A stretch of 63,009 nucleotides of DNA, the filler included, from Reticulomyxa filosa (Eukaryota > Protista > Foraminifera): NCBI GenBank assembly GCA_000512085.1. It is 24 parts of 24 records of this genome, joined end to end, with 100 filler letters (N's around TTAATTAATTAA, not from the genome) between each part and the next. Parts side by side here need not be neighbours in the genome. Positions count along the whole stretch, not along the records: positions 62,010 to 63,009 come from ASPP01043839.1; 23 more parts are not named here. One strand, 5' to 3'. Both the position numbers and the translations under genes were made by a program. The notes under the pieces are model-generated. The model saw only the letters and a program-made list of their open reading frames with translations. It ran no database searches and was not told where the DNA came from. This document shows positions 62,400-63,009 of the stretch, piece after piece; within the stretch, counting starts at the first letter, position 1; each line of letters begins with the position of its first letter.

Positions 62400-63009
62400 A
62401 TATTTCGAGCGACGTTAAGAAAAAAGCGCTCTGGCCAGTCGAAAACTGTTATAATACAAATGTCACAACAGACATAATGTAGGATATTGCTAAACTAAAT
62501 ATGTAATTTTATTCGAAATTATTTCATCACATTGCAATATCATTGTAAAGTAGAGAAAAAATGATCAATATGTCTACATCTAATTGGCGCTGAATGATAA
62601 GATAACGGTTTAGTGTCATCGCAAGGAACAACCTTTTTTATTATTATTAATTATTTATTTAATACAACAAATATGTTGACATTTTAGATTTAAAAAATAT
62701 CTGATGACCAATTTGTACTTTTTTTTTCTGTTAAATTGGATCATTATCAAAATAATCTATCACTTGATGGTAATTCGGAGCTGCTTTTGTCAAATACTAT
62801 CATATTTGTTTATTTCCAACATTTCCAGTGACCGAAACATGATAGATTTTGCCAGATATCTTAATATTTTATTGTTTCATCTTTTTCAACTACAATACAA
62901 TGTTCTTTGTTTTTTTCGTTATCTTACCAGCAAATTTTTAAATTGTTCTGATAAATCTCTTGATCTTGTTGTACATGCAGATCACCCAAAACTAATGCTA
63001 ATTATGCTG
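62400..63009 (-). pseudogene. VPS29: Vps29 (retromer subunit) pseudogene retaining intron remnants
   Basis: Broken frames read LALVLGDLHV / RSRDLSEQFKNLL / GKIYHVSVTGNVGNKQ / YLTKAAPNYHQV / VVPCDD / IIQRQLDVDILI, colinear with Vps29 (LVLGDLHIP..FKKLLVPGKIQHILCTGN..QRQFDVDILI); several frameshifts and stops. Confidence 0.8.

Overview
This window is not one locus. It is 24 short contigs joined by 23 artificial 100-nt spacers (N-run, TTAATTAATTAA, N-run; the insert gives stops in all six frames), so adjacency across spacers means nothing. Almost all contigs are AT-rich eukaryotic DNA with GT-AG introns and homopolymer/microsatellite tracts. The WD40 family style and overall gene content suggest a rhizarian protist, most likely the foraminiferan Reticulomyxa filosa or a relative (inference, not verified). 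Recognisable genes: two G-alpha subunits, a divergent profilin, a kelch-like protein, a Cid1/TUTase-like nucleotidyltransferase, an SLC45/sucrose-type MFS transporter, a PPR protein, a C2H2 zinc-finger protein, a LamG-like protein, WD40 proteins, an extended SDR epimerase/reductase, an FN3 protein, a mucin-like secreted protein, a KCTD BTB protein, a broken NACHT-WD40 gene, a PH-like + ADP-ribosyltransferase-like protein, a CAP-Gly-like fragment, an atypical small GTPase and a Vps29 pseudogene. One contig (22157-23671) is GC-rich bacterial DNA (LysR regulator plus ABC substrate-binding protein). Mobile DNA includes decayed RNase H-bearing LINEs, a three-copy SINE-like element (one copy with a 12-bp TSD), three copies of a TA-flanked Tc1/mariner/pogo-type end and a long diverged foldback palindrome. 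The most notable leads are the toxin-like ART protein together with the NLR-like NACHT-WD40 gene (a possible protist innate-immunity repertoire), the DxD-to-NxN TUTase, the SINE-like family and the foldback.
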